In this document: positions 27,831 to 36,755 of the stretch, piece by piece
How positions within the stretch are numbered: position 1 is the stretch's first letter
How the letters are laid out: every line of letters begins with the position of its first letter
Assembly: GCA_036229005.1 (NCBI GenBank)
Contig: JAZAMN010000071.1
Span: forward strand, 32,001-96,000
Direction: 5' to 3'
DNA from: Myxococcota bacterium
Lineage (GTDB): Bacteria; Myxococcota_A; UBA796; CAJQPC01
DNA length: 64,000 bases
Notes under the pieces: model-generated
Told to the model about the DNA's origin: nothing
Database searches by the model: none
Seen by the model: the letters and a program-made list of their open reading frames with translations, nothing else
Position numbers and translations under genes: made by a program

Positions 27831-29300
27831 ATGGCCCAGCAGTACCGTCAGACCCAGACCCCCGCCGCGGCCCCCGAGGCGGCGCACGCCGGTCACGACC
27901 ACGGCCACGACCACGGCCACACCCACGGGAACGCGGCGGCGCAGGAAGACCTCCTGGGCGGCGCCCGCAGCAACGCCCCGGCCAGCCGGGAGGCCGCTCT
28001 TCGGCGTCACGCTGACAACCGCGCGCGCATGAACAGCGTGCTGGGCCGAATGCTCGCGCGGAACCCCGGCTCGGACGATCATGACGAGCTGATGGAGCGC
28101 AACAGCGCGGAGTGGATCAACAACGGCGAGGCCCGGGCCGTCGTCCTCACCCCCATCCACGACGCCCACGAGCGCCCCGGGGTCCCCGCCGGCAAGGACG
28201 CCTTCTTCGATGGGCGCAAGGCCTTCCACGAAGACGGCGCCACCTACTCGACCAACGTCAACGACATGAGCGGCATCGAGCTCAAGAACCCGGGGGCGGG
28301 CGGCACCATGTCCAACGACGGGCGCACCCTGACCGTCATCGACCCCGAGCAGTGGAACAGCGACACCACCCTGATCGACGTGATCGTCCACGAGGTCCAG
28401 CACGACGCCGACCAGCACGGCCAGGGTCAGGTCTGGGAGTTCGACCGCCCCGCTGCCGTGGCCGGGCAGGCCGACCGAGCCCCGGACTGGTGCTACAACA
28501 GCTACGCCTCCGAGTTCCGCGCCTACTGGACCATGAACGAGGAGGGCTCTCGCGGGGACGCCTTCGCCCGCTCCAGCAACACGCGGGTCTCCAACTTCAA
28601 CGTGACCGCGGTCCATGGCGGCCAGAGCCACACCGTGCAGACGAACTTCTCCAACAAGCGCCAGCAGGAGATCTTCGAGCACATGTACAAGGAGATCGTC
28701 GGCCACCAGTACAAGGTCAACGGCCAGTGGGTCGCGGTCAACTACGCCTACCTGCCGCACTACTACGCCACCGATCCCGCCTTCAAGGCCTTCATCGACG
28801 GCCTCACCCAGCCCACCGGCGGCAACCTCATCAACTCGGTGCGCATCCAGAACCTCTCCGAGCGCATCCAGCGCGGCAGCCTGGAGCCCGAGCTCTCCCA
28901 GCTCGACGCCCACGACCGCCGCTTCTTGGCCGACCAGACCGCCTCCGCCGAGTTCTGGTCCCACGCCAGTGGGCGCCTGAGCCGCTCTGAGCAGGCCACC
29001 CTCCAGGCCGCCGTGTTCGGCACCGCGACCCCCGCCGCCGCCACCAGCACCGCAGCCGCCGCGCCGCAGATGAGCACCGCCGAGCTCGAGGCCGCCACCC
29101 GCGCCTCCGCCGGTGGTGGCGCCACCCCCCAGCAGAGCGGCGTACAGATCAGCGTCGGCGCCGGAGACACCCTGGGCAGCCTCGCCGCGCGCCACCTGGG
29201 CAGCAGCAGCCGCTGGCAGGAGCTCTACGCCGCGAACACCGACATCATCGGCAGCGACCCCAACCGCCTCCAGGTGGGCATGCGCCTGCGCCTGCCGTGA
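27831..29300 (+). CDS. LysM-domain protein with central HEXXH (zincin-like) motif and His-rich N-terminus
   Basis: VIVHEVQH...Y.SEFRAY; C-terminal VGAGDTLGSLAARHLG....W.ELY.AN..I...P..L.VG..LRLP (LysM); HAGHDHGHDHGHTH. Confidence 0.8.
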   Translation: MAQQYRQTQTPAAAPEAAHAGHDHGHDHGHTHGNAAAQEDLLGGARSNAPASREAALRRHADNRARMNSVLGRMLARNPGSDDHDELMERNSAEWINNGEARAVVLTPIHDAHERPGVPAGKDAFFDGRKAFHEDGATYSTNVNDMSGIELKNPGAGGTMSNDGRTLTVIDPEQWNSDTTLIDVIVHEVQHDADQHGQGQVWEFDRPAAVAGQADRAPDWCYNSYASEFRAYWTMNEEGSRGDAFARSSNTRVSNFNVTAVHGGQSHTVQTNFSNKRQQEIFEHMYKEIVGHQYKVNGQWVAVNYAYLPHYYATDPAFKAFIDGLTQPTGGNLINSVRIQNLSERIQRGSLEPELSQLDAHDRRFLADQTASAEFWSHASGRLSRSEQATLQAAVFGTATPAAATSTAAAAPQMSTAELEAATRASAGGGATPQQSGVQISVGAGDTLGSLAARHLGSSSRWQELYAANTDIIGSDPNRLQVGMRLRLP

Positions 29301-29650
29301 GCTGGCTGCTGCTGCTGGCCTGCCACCGCCAGGACCCGCCCATGATGCAGCCCAAGCCCCTGGACCCCGCCCCGGTGACCTCGCCGGCGGAGCAGAGCCT
29401 CACGCTCGTGCGCGGGGAGCCCCAGGCCCTGCTCGGTGGGCAAGTGATCCTGGAGCAGGCCACAGCCTCCTCCACCTTCGTCCACGACTGGGAGGAGGTC
29501 ACCACCCCCGCCTTCGGCACTCTGCGCTTTGAGCGCGACGGAAAGGTCGAAACCGTCGACTTCGAGCAGGACGCCACCCTCCACGTCTGGGGACGACAGA
29601 TGGTGGTGCGGGGACCCCAGGGCGATCAGCTCGTCGTGCTGAGCGACTGA
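29297..29650 (+). CDS. Small lipoprotein coupled to the LysM gene
   Basis: GTGA overlap; (M)SWLLLLAC lipobox. Confidence 0.65.
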   Translation: MSWLLLLACHRQDPPMMQPKPLDPAPVTSPAEQSLTLVRGEPQALLGGQVILEQATASSTFVHDWEEVTTPAFGTLRFERDGKVETVDFEQDATLHVWGRQMVVRGPQGDQLVVLSD

Positions 29651-30819
29651 GCCCGCCAGGCCCGCCACAGCGCGGCCTCATCCCAGGGCGTGCTCGCCGT
29701 CATCGGGACCTCCCGGTGGTAGCGGGCCATCTCCACTGCGAAGCCCGCGTCGTCCCGCTCGAACCACTGGGCCGCCTGAACGTCTCCGTGGATCAGGCGC
29801 TCGAAGCGGAGGCGGAGGACCAGGCGACATGCGATCCCAAACCCCTGGGGATCCAGGCCCGCCGGGACCTCTCTGCACCTGTAGGCCCGCGCGAGGTGCG
29901 GCTCGGTCAGCCCGACCTCGTTCTCGTCCAGGAGTTCAAGTGCGGCGTTCAAGCTGCCTTGTTGTGGCTGCCCCAGGGGCAGCCCATGGTGGACCGAGAG
30001 CTCCCGGGCGCGCTGCAGCTCCTCCCTCAAGCGGGGGATCTCGGGGGCGCCGAAGCTGCCCTCCACGCGCTCCAAGGTGACGCCGCGCAGGCCAGGACAG
30101 CGGGGCAGGACCTGCTCCAGCAGCGCCCAGACGGGCTCGGGGATGGCGTCGTCGTGGGAGTCCAGGCGGCGGCGGCGGTCGGGGCTCCAGGCGGGGGGCG
30201 CGTCCTTGCCGCCGGAGATGTGGATCTCGATCACGCGGTCCAGGGGGGCGGCGTCGAGCCAGGCCTGGGGGGACTCGCCGGCGTTGATGGCGCCGGTCCA
30301 GAGGTTGTGGACGTCCAGCAGCAGGTGGTGCTCCTGGCCCAGGGACTCGCCCAGAGCGCGGGCCTCGTCGGCCATGGGGCCGGGCCAGGCGTAGACGGCG
30401 GAGTTCTCCACGGCGGCGGTCCCGACCAGGGCCCGCAGGTAGCCCAGGCGGCGGCGGAGTCGGGCGGGGGGTGCGTCGATGGGGACGGGCAGGCCCACGT
30501 GCTCGCTGCCCAGCTTGACGGCGCCCAGGTGGTCGGAGGCCCACAGGAAGCGGAAGATGGCGTGGTCGCGGGCCAGGGCGCGCAGGTGTTCGGGCCAGTG
30601 GCCGCCCTCGGCCCCGCAGAGGTTGGCGGCGACCCCGTGGGCCACGAAGGGCAGCGCCCCGGCGAGCTGCGCCAGGATGCCGTGGAAGGCGTTGGGCGCC
30701 CGGCCCGGCCCCCACAGGGTCTCCGGGGTCACCCCGCCGTAGTCGATGTCGTCCAGCAGGGGCTCCAGCAGGGCCAGGGCCTGCCGGTCCGGGGGGAACA
30801 TCAGGCCGACGGCGGCCAC
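29626..30819 (-). CDS. DUF692-family multinuclear non-heme iron oxidative enzyme (MNIO) with C-terminal extension
   Basis: Ordered motifs VGL, TPET, AHGV, ASDHLG, AVEN, LLLDVHN, EIHISGG, LDSHDD, VW.LL, VTLER; ~110 extra C-terminal residues. Confidence 0.9.
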   Translation of the reverse strand: MAAVGLMFPPDRQALALLEPLLDDIDYGGVTPETLWGPGRAPNAFHGILAQLAGALPFVAHGVAANLCGAEGGHWPEHLRALARDHAIFRFLWASDHLGAVKLGSEHVGLPVPIDAPPARLRRRLGYLRALVGTAAVENSAVYAWPGPMADEARALGESLGQEHHLLLDVHNLWTGAINAGESPQAWLDAAPLDRVIEIHISGGKDAPPAWSPDRRRRLDSHDDAIPEPVWALLEQVLPRCPGLRGVTLERVEGSFGAPEIPRLREELQRARELSVHHGLPLGQPQQGSLNAALELLDENEVGLTEPHLARAYRCREVPAGLDPQGFGIACRLVLRLRFERLIHGDVQAAQWFERDDAGFAVEMARYHREVPMTASTPWDEAALWRAWRAQSLSTTS

Positions 30820-31572
30820 TCAGATGCCCTGGAAGTCGGCGACGTCGTGCAGGTAGAGGAAGCGGCGGCTGCCCTCGGGCACGTGGCCCATGCCGCAGTC
30901 GATCGCGTATTGGCTCTCCACGCCCTCGATGTCGGTGCCGCAGCCCCAGGAGCTGGCCCAGTGCGCGCCCGCGGGGGCCTTGGTGACCAGCGCGGCGCGG
31001 ACCTTGGCGCCGTCTCCGGTGGGCGCGGGGCCCAGGCGCTGGAGCACCGGGTAGAGCGCGCCCTGGATGGCCTGGCCCTCGGCGGCGATGCGGGCCTTGT
31101 TCCAGGCCTCGTGCTTGGGCGTGCCGTAGTCCGGGTCGCCAAAGTTGGGATCCTGGTCGGGGTCGACCTTGGGGAGGGTGACGGCCACGCCCTCGGCGGT
31201 CAGCGGGTCCAGGCGAACGACCACGAACCAGTCGTCCTCGCTGACCTGCAGGTCGGGCACCAGCTTGCGCACATCGGAGGCCAGGGCGAACACCACCTCG
31301 GCCGCGCTCAGGGGCGCCAGATCCGCGTCGCTGGCGTTGTTGAGCCACTGCCCGAGCTGGTTGCCGCGGGTCCACTTTGCGCCGTCGTCGGCGGGGATGA
31401 GCATGACGAGCACCGCCTTCTTGGCGCGGGCGGCGCTCTGCCAGGCCTTGGAGAGGGCGGCGCGCTGCTCGGCGGGCGAGCCGCTGGCCAGGGCCACGCC
31501 GGACCAGATCGGCGCGGACAGGGCGCCGGCGGACAGGCCCAAGGCGGCGCGGAGGAGCATGCGGCGGTTCAT
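30820..31572 (-). CDS. Tat-exported protein, paralog 3 (C-terminal GCG-x13-CGMGH motif)
   Basis: MNRRMLL...ALA|SGSP; GAHWASSWGCGTDIEGVESQYAIDCGMGHVPEGSRRFL; stop abuts the DUF692 start. Confidence 0.85.
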   Translation of the reverse strand: MNRRMLLRAALGLSAGALSAPIWSGVALASGSPAEQRAALSKAWQSAARAKKAVLVMLIPADDGAKWTRGNQLGQWLNNASDADLAPLSAAEVVFALASDVRKLVPDLQVSEDDWFVVVRLDPLTAEGVAVTLPKVDPDQDPNFGDPDYGTPKHEAWNKARIAAEGQAIQGALYPVLQRLGPAPTGDGAKVRAALVTKAPAGAHWASSWGCGTDIEGVESQYAIDCGMGHVPEGSRRFLYLHDVADFQGI

Positions 31573-31633
31573 GGAGTCTCCAGCTTGGATCGCGCTGTGG
31601 AATCAACGCGGGGATCGACACGGTACACCGGCG

Positions 31634-32365
31634 TCATCCGGTGAACTCCGAGACGTCGTGCAGGAAGAGGAAGCGCTGGCTCGCGGCGGGCACGTGGCCC
31701 ATGCCGCACTTGACCCGGTACTGCGGCTCCACGCCCTCGATGTCGGTGCCACAGCCGGAAGACCGGGCCCAGTGTGCGCCCGCGGGGGCCTGCTCGACGA
31801 CCTGGGCGCGCACCTGGGGACCGCAGCCGGCGGGGGCGGGCGCCAAGCGCTGGAGCACCGGGGACAGGGCCCCCTGGATGGCCGCGTTGTTGGCCTGGAT
31901 GCGCTCCAGCAGCACCGCCTCCTCCACCGCGTCGAAGGCCCGGAACTGGGCGCGCTCGGCGTGGGGCAGGCTGGGCCGCAGCAGCTCACCGCGGGCCCGG
32001 GCGGGCTGCACCACCGCGAACCAGTCGGCGTCCTGGGCGCGCAGCGAGGGCAGCAGCTTCTGCAGATCCGCGGGCGTCGCGCACACCACCTCCACCCCGC
32101 CCAGAGCCTCGAGCTGCGCGTCCGTCGCGTGGTTCAGCCACTCGCCCAGGAGCTGCCCGCGGGCGTCGCGGGCCTCCGACTGGTCCTCGCCGGGCATGAG
32201 CAGCACCAGCAGGCCCCGCTCCCCCTCCGCCGCCCGCCGCCAGGCCTCCGAGAGGGCCGCCCGCTGCTGGGTGGGGCTGCCCGAGGCCAAGCCCAGGCGC
32301 GGAGCCAGGACACTCAAAGCACCCATTGAAAGCGCAGCTTGGAGGATCGCTCGCCGCTTGATCAT
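31634..32365 (-). CDS. Tat-exported protein, paralog 2
   Basis: MIKRRAIL...GLA|SGSP; GAHWARSSGCGTDIEGVEPQYRVKCGMGHVPAASQRFL; ATG overlaps the upstream TGA (TGATG). Confidence 0.85.
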   Translation of the reverse strand: MIKRRAILQAALSMGALSVLAPRLGLASGSPTQQRAALSEAWRRAAEGERGLLVLLMPGEDQSEARDARGQLLGEWLNHATDAQLEALGGVEVVCATPADLQKLLPSLRAQDADWFAVVQPARARGELLRPSLPHAERAQFRAFDAVEEAVLLERIQANNAAIQGALSPVLQRLAPAPAGCGPQVRAQVVEQAPAGAHWARSSGCGTDIEGVEPQYRVKCGMGHVPAASQRFLFLHDVSEFTG

Positions 32366-33105
32366 CAGAAGCCCTGGAAGCTGGCGACGTCGTTCAGGTA
32401 CAGGAAGCGGCGGCTGGCGGCGGGCACGTGGCCCATCCCGCAGCCGATGGCCACGCTGGTCTCCACGCCCTCCACGTGGGTCCCGCAGCCCCCGGCGATG
32501 GCCCAGTGGGCGCCGGGGGGCGGCTCGTCGATCAGCTTCGCGCGGACGGCCTGCGCCGCGGTGACCTCGACGGGGCCCAGATCTGCCAGCAGGGGTCCGA
32601 GCACCCCCTCGATCGCGATGGTGTTCCCCGCGATCTTCAGACGCACCCACTCCTCGTGCTTCTCCCCATAGAAGCCCTCATCGCCGTAGTCGGGCCGGTT
32701 CGGGGGCGGCGCGGGCAGGGTGACGTTCAGGACCTTGGCGGCCTCGGGGGCCTGGGGGTCCACCCACACGAACCACGCGTCGTCGGCGGCCTTGATCCCG
32801 GGCACCAGCTTCCGCAGGTCCGCGACCGTCGCGCACACGACCTCCACCTGGGACAGGGGCGCGAGCTGGGCGTCGCTGGCGTTGTTCAGCCACTCGCCCA
32901 GCACCTGCCCGCGGGGCCACTTGTCGCCGTCGTCGGGGGGGATCACCAGCACCAGCAGGGGCACCTTGCGCTCGGCAGCGCTGCGCCAGGCGTTGGAGAG
33001 GGCGGCGCGCTGCTCTTTGGGGGAGCCGGAGGCCCAGGCCGTCGGGGCGAGCGCGGGCAGCGCGGCCAGGCCCAGAGCGCTGCGGAGGAGCTGTCGGCGG
33101 TTCAT
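32365..33105 (-). CDS. Tat-exported protein, paralog 1
   Basis: MNRRQLL...AWA|SGSP; GAHWAIAGGCGTHVEGVETSVAIGCGMGHVPAASRRFL; ATGA overlap with the upstream gene. Confidence 0.85.
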   Translation of the reverse strand: MNRRQLLRSALGLAALPALAPTAWASGSPKEQRAALSNAWRSAAERKVPLLVLVIPPDDGDKWPRGQVLGEWLNNASDAQLAPLSQVEVVCATVADLRKLVPGIKAADDAWFVWVDPQAPEAAKVLNVTLPAPPPNRPDYGDEGFYGEKHEEWVRLKIAGNTIAIEGVLGPLLADLGPVEVTAAQAVRAKLIDEPPPGAHWAIAGGCGTHVEGVETSVAIGCGMGHVPAASRRFLYLNDVASFQGF

Positions 33106-34034
33106 CGGATCTCCAGGTCCATCAGGTCTTCCAGGCGGCGCAGGGTGTGCTCCGGGGACTCCAGGCTACCCGCGACCGAGCGCCGCAGGCTCATCACCGG
33201 CCCCTCGGCCCCCGCGTAGAAGTGCACCTGCCCGGCCTCGTCTTCCACAAAGAAGCCGCGCAGGCTGGTGCCGTCGCTCCAGATCAGGCGCAGGCTCCCG
33301 TCGGCGGCCAGCTCGTAGCGGTGTCCCTCTCCGTCCTGGTAGAAGCCCACCAGCAACGGATCCACGCCCAGGCTGCCCGAGCGGATGCTCAGGGTGTCGC
33401 CGCTCAGGGTCAGCGAGTGGGAGGAGGAGGCAGTGCTGGCGGCCCCCGAACCCGTCGTCCTCAACGTCTCCAACTGGATCTGAGCCCCCACCTCCAGCGC
33501 CCGCGGCGACGGCGAGGACACACTGGCGCGCTCCGCGAGCAGCCCCTGGGGCGTCTGGGCGAGCTCCAGGGGGAACAGCGCCTCGACCTCGGGCAGGGCG
33601 GGGTCGGTGAGCAGCTCCCACAGGCCGGGGGTGCGCAGCCACAGGCCGTCGTCGTCGGGGCTGCCCTGGATGCCCAGCTCGGCGGCCAGCGCTTGGGCCT
33701 GATCCCCCTGGACCAGGGCGGCGTCGGGGTCCAGATCCAGCCCGAAGGTGCCGGTCTCGGCCAGCAGCTCCTCGCCGTCGAGGTAGATCTGCAGGAGCTC
33801 GTCGGGGTCGGGGGTGAAGCGGTGATCCTGGCCATCTGGGCCCACCACCCAGGCCTCCTCGTCCCCAAAGACCTGAACGGGCAGGCTGGAGTCCACGAGG
33901 ACATCGCCCAGCTCCAGGACCACCCCCCGCTCCACGGCCTCGGGGCCCAGGATCACCACGCCGGGGGCGTCCTCGGGGGGCGCGCAGGCGGCGAGCGCGA
34001 GGGTCAGGGGGGCGGCGATCCAGGCTCGGGACAT
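33102..34034 (-). CDS. Hypothetical lipoprotein, first gene of the MNIO operon
   Basis: GGAG RBS, MSRAWIAAPLTLALAAC lipobox; stop overlaps the next start. Confidence 0.7.
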   Translation of the reverse strand: MSRAWIAAPLTLALAACAPPEDAPGVVILGPEAVERGVVLELGDVLVDSSLPVQVFGDEEAWVVGPDGQDHRFTPDPDELLQIYLDGEELLAETGTFGLDLDPDAALVQGDQAQALAAELGIQGSPDDDGLWLRTPGLWELLTDPALPEVEALFPLELAQTPQGLLAERASVSSPSPRALEVGAQIQLETLRTTGSGAASTASSSHSLTLSGDTLSIRSGSLGVDPLLVGFYQDGEGHRYELAADGSLRLIWSDGTSLRGFFVEDEAGQVHFYAGAEGPVMSLRRSVAGSLESPEHTLRRLEDLMDLEIR

Positions 34035-34164
34035 GGGGGCTCCAGGCTGCCTTCGGGAAGACAACGGGGGCGCGCGGGTGTTCCTTACACAAGGTCCAAG
34101 GGGCGCTCCCGAATTCTGCGGGAGAGCCGCCCCACCCCGGCGCGATGCGCGATACTCCAGGCCC

Positions 34165-34836
34165 ATGCGACACGCCCTCATCACCGGCGCCTCTGGCGGC
34201 ATCGGATCGGCTCTGGCCCAGGCCCTCCTGGAGCAGGGCTGGTCGGTCACCGGAGTCAGCCGCGACAGCACCGCCCCCCACCTGGTCGACGCCGGGGCCC
34301 AGTGGGTCCACGCGGACGTCTCCAAGCCCGCCGCCTGCGCCGCGCTGGCCCTGCGAAAGCCCGTGGACGCCTTGATCGTGGCCTCGGGGGGCTTCCACCG
34401 GGTCAAGCTGATGGAGGAGACCCCCGCCGGGTGGCGGCGGGCCTTTGAGACCGGCCTGGATCCTCTGCTTTGGCTCGCCCAGGGCGTGATGCCCGGCATG
34501 ATGGAGCGGGGCTTTGGGCGCATCCTGGCCTTCTCCATGGCCGGGCCCAGCCAGGCCCCCATGGTCACCGCGGAGCGCATCGCGCGGCTGGGGGTCGAGG
34601 CGCTGGTCAAGGACCTCTGCGCGCTGGGTGCCCCCCACGGCGTGACCGCCAACGCGCTGGCCCTGGGCTACATCGACTCGGGCTCCAAGCACGCCCCCAA
34701 GCACCTGCCCGCGCTGCCCGCCGGGCGCCAGGGTCGCGTGGACGAGGTCGTGTCCGCGGCGATGCTGCTGCTCTCGGATCAGGGCGCCTACATCAACGGC
34801 AGCGTGGTGCCGGTCGCGGGTGGCTACGGTGCTTGA
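34165..34836 (+). CDS. SDR family oxidoreductase (atypical active site)
   Basis: ALITGASGGIG, ADVS, GRI, GVTANALALGYID, GR.G...EV, YING..V.V.GG; YxxxK not visible. Confidence 0.85.
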   Translation: MRHALITGASGGIGSALAQALLEQGWSVTGVSRDSTAPHLVDAGAQWVHADVSKPAACAALALRKPVDALIVASGGFHRVKLMEETPAGWRRAFETGLDPLLWLAQGVMPGMMERGFGRILAFSMAGPSQAPMVTAERIARLGVEALVKDLCALGAPHGVTANALALGYIDSGSKHAPKHLPALPAGRQGRVDEVVSAAMLLLSDQGAYINGSVVPVAGGYGA

Positions 34837-36745
34837 GCTGCTGCTCTGGCTGGTGCTGCTGCCCGGGGAGCTCCCCGCCGCGGACAGCCTGCCGCAGCCC
34901 ACGCTCCAGTGGTCGGTCTCGGGTCGACACGCCCGAGCGACCCACCCCATGGGCGTCGCGCTCACCCAGTCGGGCGCCGAGCCCCAGACGATGCGGGCCA
35001 TGGACCCCGAGACCGGGGCGCTGGGCTGGTCCCTGCGGGAGGAGGCCGCCGCCATCCGCGAGGTGCAGGTCACCCCGGCGGGCTGGCTGATCCTGTCCGA
35101 CAACGCCGTGCGCGAGGTGCGCGCCCGAGACGGGGCCGAGCTGTGGCGGCTGCTGGGCGGCGCGGACTCCGTGGGCATGGCCCTGCACAGCGTGGCCTTC
35201 TGCAAGCAGGGCGTGCTGCGGGCCTACGCGCCCCCCTCCCCCGAGCAGCTCTGGGAGGAGGCCTGCGTCAGCGTGGACGGCAACGGCTCGGAGCTGGTGG
35301 CCGACACCCTCCAGGGGCTCACCCGCCTGGACCCGGCCAGCGGGGCCATCCTCTGGCAGCTCCCCGGCCTGCGCGGCACCCCTCTGGTGCGCAGCGACCG
35401 CGTGCTGGTGTCCTCCGGCGACGAGCTGATCTCCCTGGACCTGGAGATGGGCGAGCTGCAGTGGTCGCGCATCTTCACGGGCACCCTGCAGGAGCTCCCC
35501 GGCGGCGAGCTGCTGGCGCTGAGCCCCGGCCAGCTCATGCGCCTGGACCCCAGCACCGGCGAGCCCCTCTGGACCGCTGAGCTCCCCGCCGGCACCGGCG
35601 CCGCAACCCTCAGCGACGGCGACGACCAGTACGCGCTGCTGCTGCTGGAGCCCGAACAGCTCGGGGCGCCCCCCCTGGCCGCGCGCGTGTCCCTGGACAG
35701 CGGCGAGGGCAGCCTCATCCCCCTGCTGACCCGCCCCCAGACCGCCACCCTGCTCTCCGACGGAGACCTTCTGGTCTCCAGCCCCCAGGGCGTGGGCCGC
35801 CTGGACCTGGATCAGCCCACCGGCGCCTGGGAGTCCCTGAGCGCCACCCAGCAGCTCGCCCTGGTCCGCGCCTGGCCCCTGGGGCACCCCGCGGAGCTCT
35901 CCGCCCGCCTGATCGGCCTCCTGGACGCCGACCCCAGCCCCTGGCCCGAGCTGCTGGCGGGCCTGCCCAAGGCCTCCGAGCGCGAGCTGCTCATGCTCCT
36001 GGACGCCATCGACGCCCTGCGCCCGGAAGGCGCCCTTCCCCCCTTGGTCGAGCGCGCCGCCGCCGAGCCCCCTGGCCCCCTGCGCCGCCGCCTGACGGAC
36101 ACCCTGTTCGCCTACGGAGATCAGGCCCTGCTGGAGGCCATGTCCGCGGCGCTCCAGGTCCCCAGCCAGCGCGTGCTCGCCCGCGAGGTCCTGCTCTCCC
36201 AGGCCACCCCCGGGTCCCGCGCCCTGCTGGCCGACGCCCTGGCCGCCCAGACCGCCGCCCCCTACGCCTGGGACTGCGCCGGCGAGTTCTTCTGCGAGAG
36301 CGGCCCCGACGCGGACAGTGACGGTTGGCCCGATGCTTTCGAGCAGACGATCGGCACCGATCCCGCCAGCGCGGACAGCGACGGCGACGGCCTGCCCGAC
36401 GCCCAGGACCCCTGCCCTTCCCTGGCGGAGCACGCCGCCCCGGACGCCCGCCACCAGGCCGCGCTGGAGGCCCTGCTCTTTGGCCAGCAGCCCGGCCCCC
36501 TGCTGATCACCGAGCCCGTGTGCTTCGCCGGCGTCCCCGGCCCCCAGGTGCGCAGCGGCCAGGGCCTGGTCGCGGTCGGCTTTGGCTTCCCCGGCCCCGC
36601 CGAGGACCCCCAGGAGGGCGCCACCACCACCGTCGAGGTCAACTTCGTCACCGGCCCGCGCGCAGCCTCCGGCTACGAGGTCGGCCTGCTCTTCGAAGGC
36701 GGCCGCTGGGTCCCCACCCGCGTCCGGCAGGCCTGGAAGAGCTGA
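34829..36745 (+). CDS. PQQ-like beta-propeller repeat protein with helical region and TSP3-like motif
   Basis: Repeated A.D..TG...W / LDPASG.ILW units; DSDGDGLPDAQDPCP. Confidence 0.7.
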   Translation: MLELLLWLVLLPGELPAADSLPQPTLQWSVSGRHARATHPMGVALTQSGAEPQTMRAMDPETGALGWSLREEAAAIREVQVTPAGWLILSDNAVREVRARDGAELWRLLGGADSVGMALHSVAFCKQGVLRAYAPPSPEQLWEEACVSVDGNGSELVADTLQGLTRLDPASGAILWQLPGLRGTPLVRSDRVLVSSGDELISLDLEMGELQWSRIFTGTLQELPGGELLALSPGQLMRLDPSTGEPLWTAELPAGTGAATLSDGDDQYALLLLEPEQLGAPPLAARVSLDSGEGSLIPLLTRPQTATLLSDGDLLVSSPQGVGRLDLDQPTGAWESLSATQQLALVRAWPLGHPAELSARLIGLLDADPSPWPELLAGLPKASERELLMLLDAIDALRPEGALPPLVERAAAEPPGPLRRRLTDTLFAYGDQALLEAMSAALQVPSQRVLAREVLLSQATPGSRALLADALAAQTAAPYAWDCAGEFFCESGPDADSDGWPDAFEQTIGTDPASADSDGDGLPDAQDPCPSLAEHAAPDARHQAALEALLFGQQPGPLLITEPVCFAGVPGPQVRSGQGLVAVGFGFPGPAEDPQEGATTTVEVNFVTGPRAASGYEVGLLFEGGRWVPTRVRQAWKS

Positions 36746-36755
36746 GGAGCCCCCC

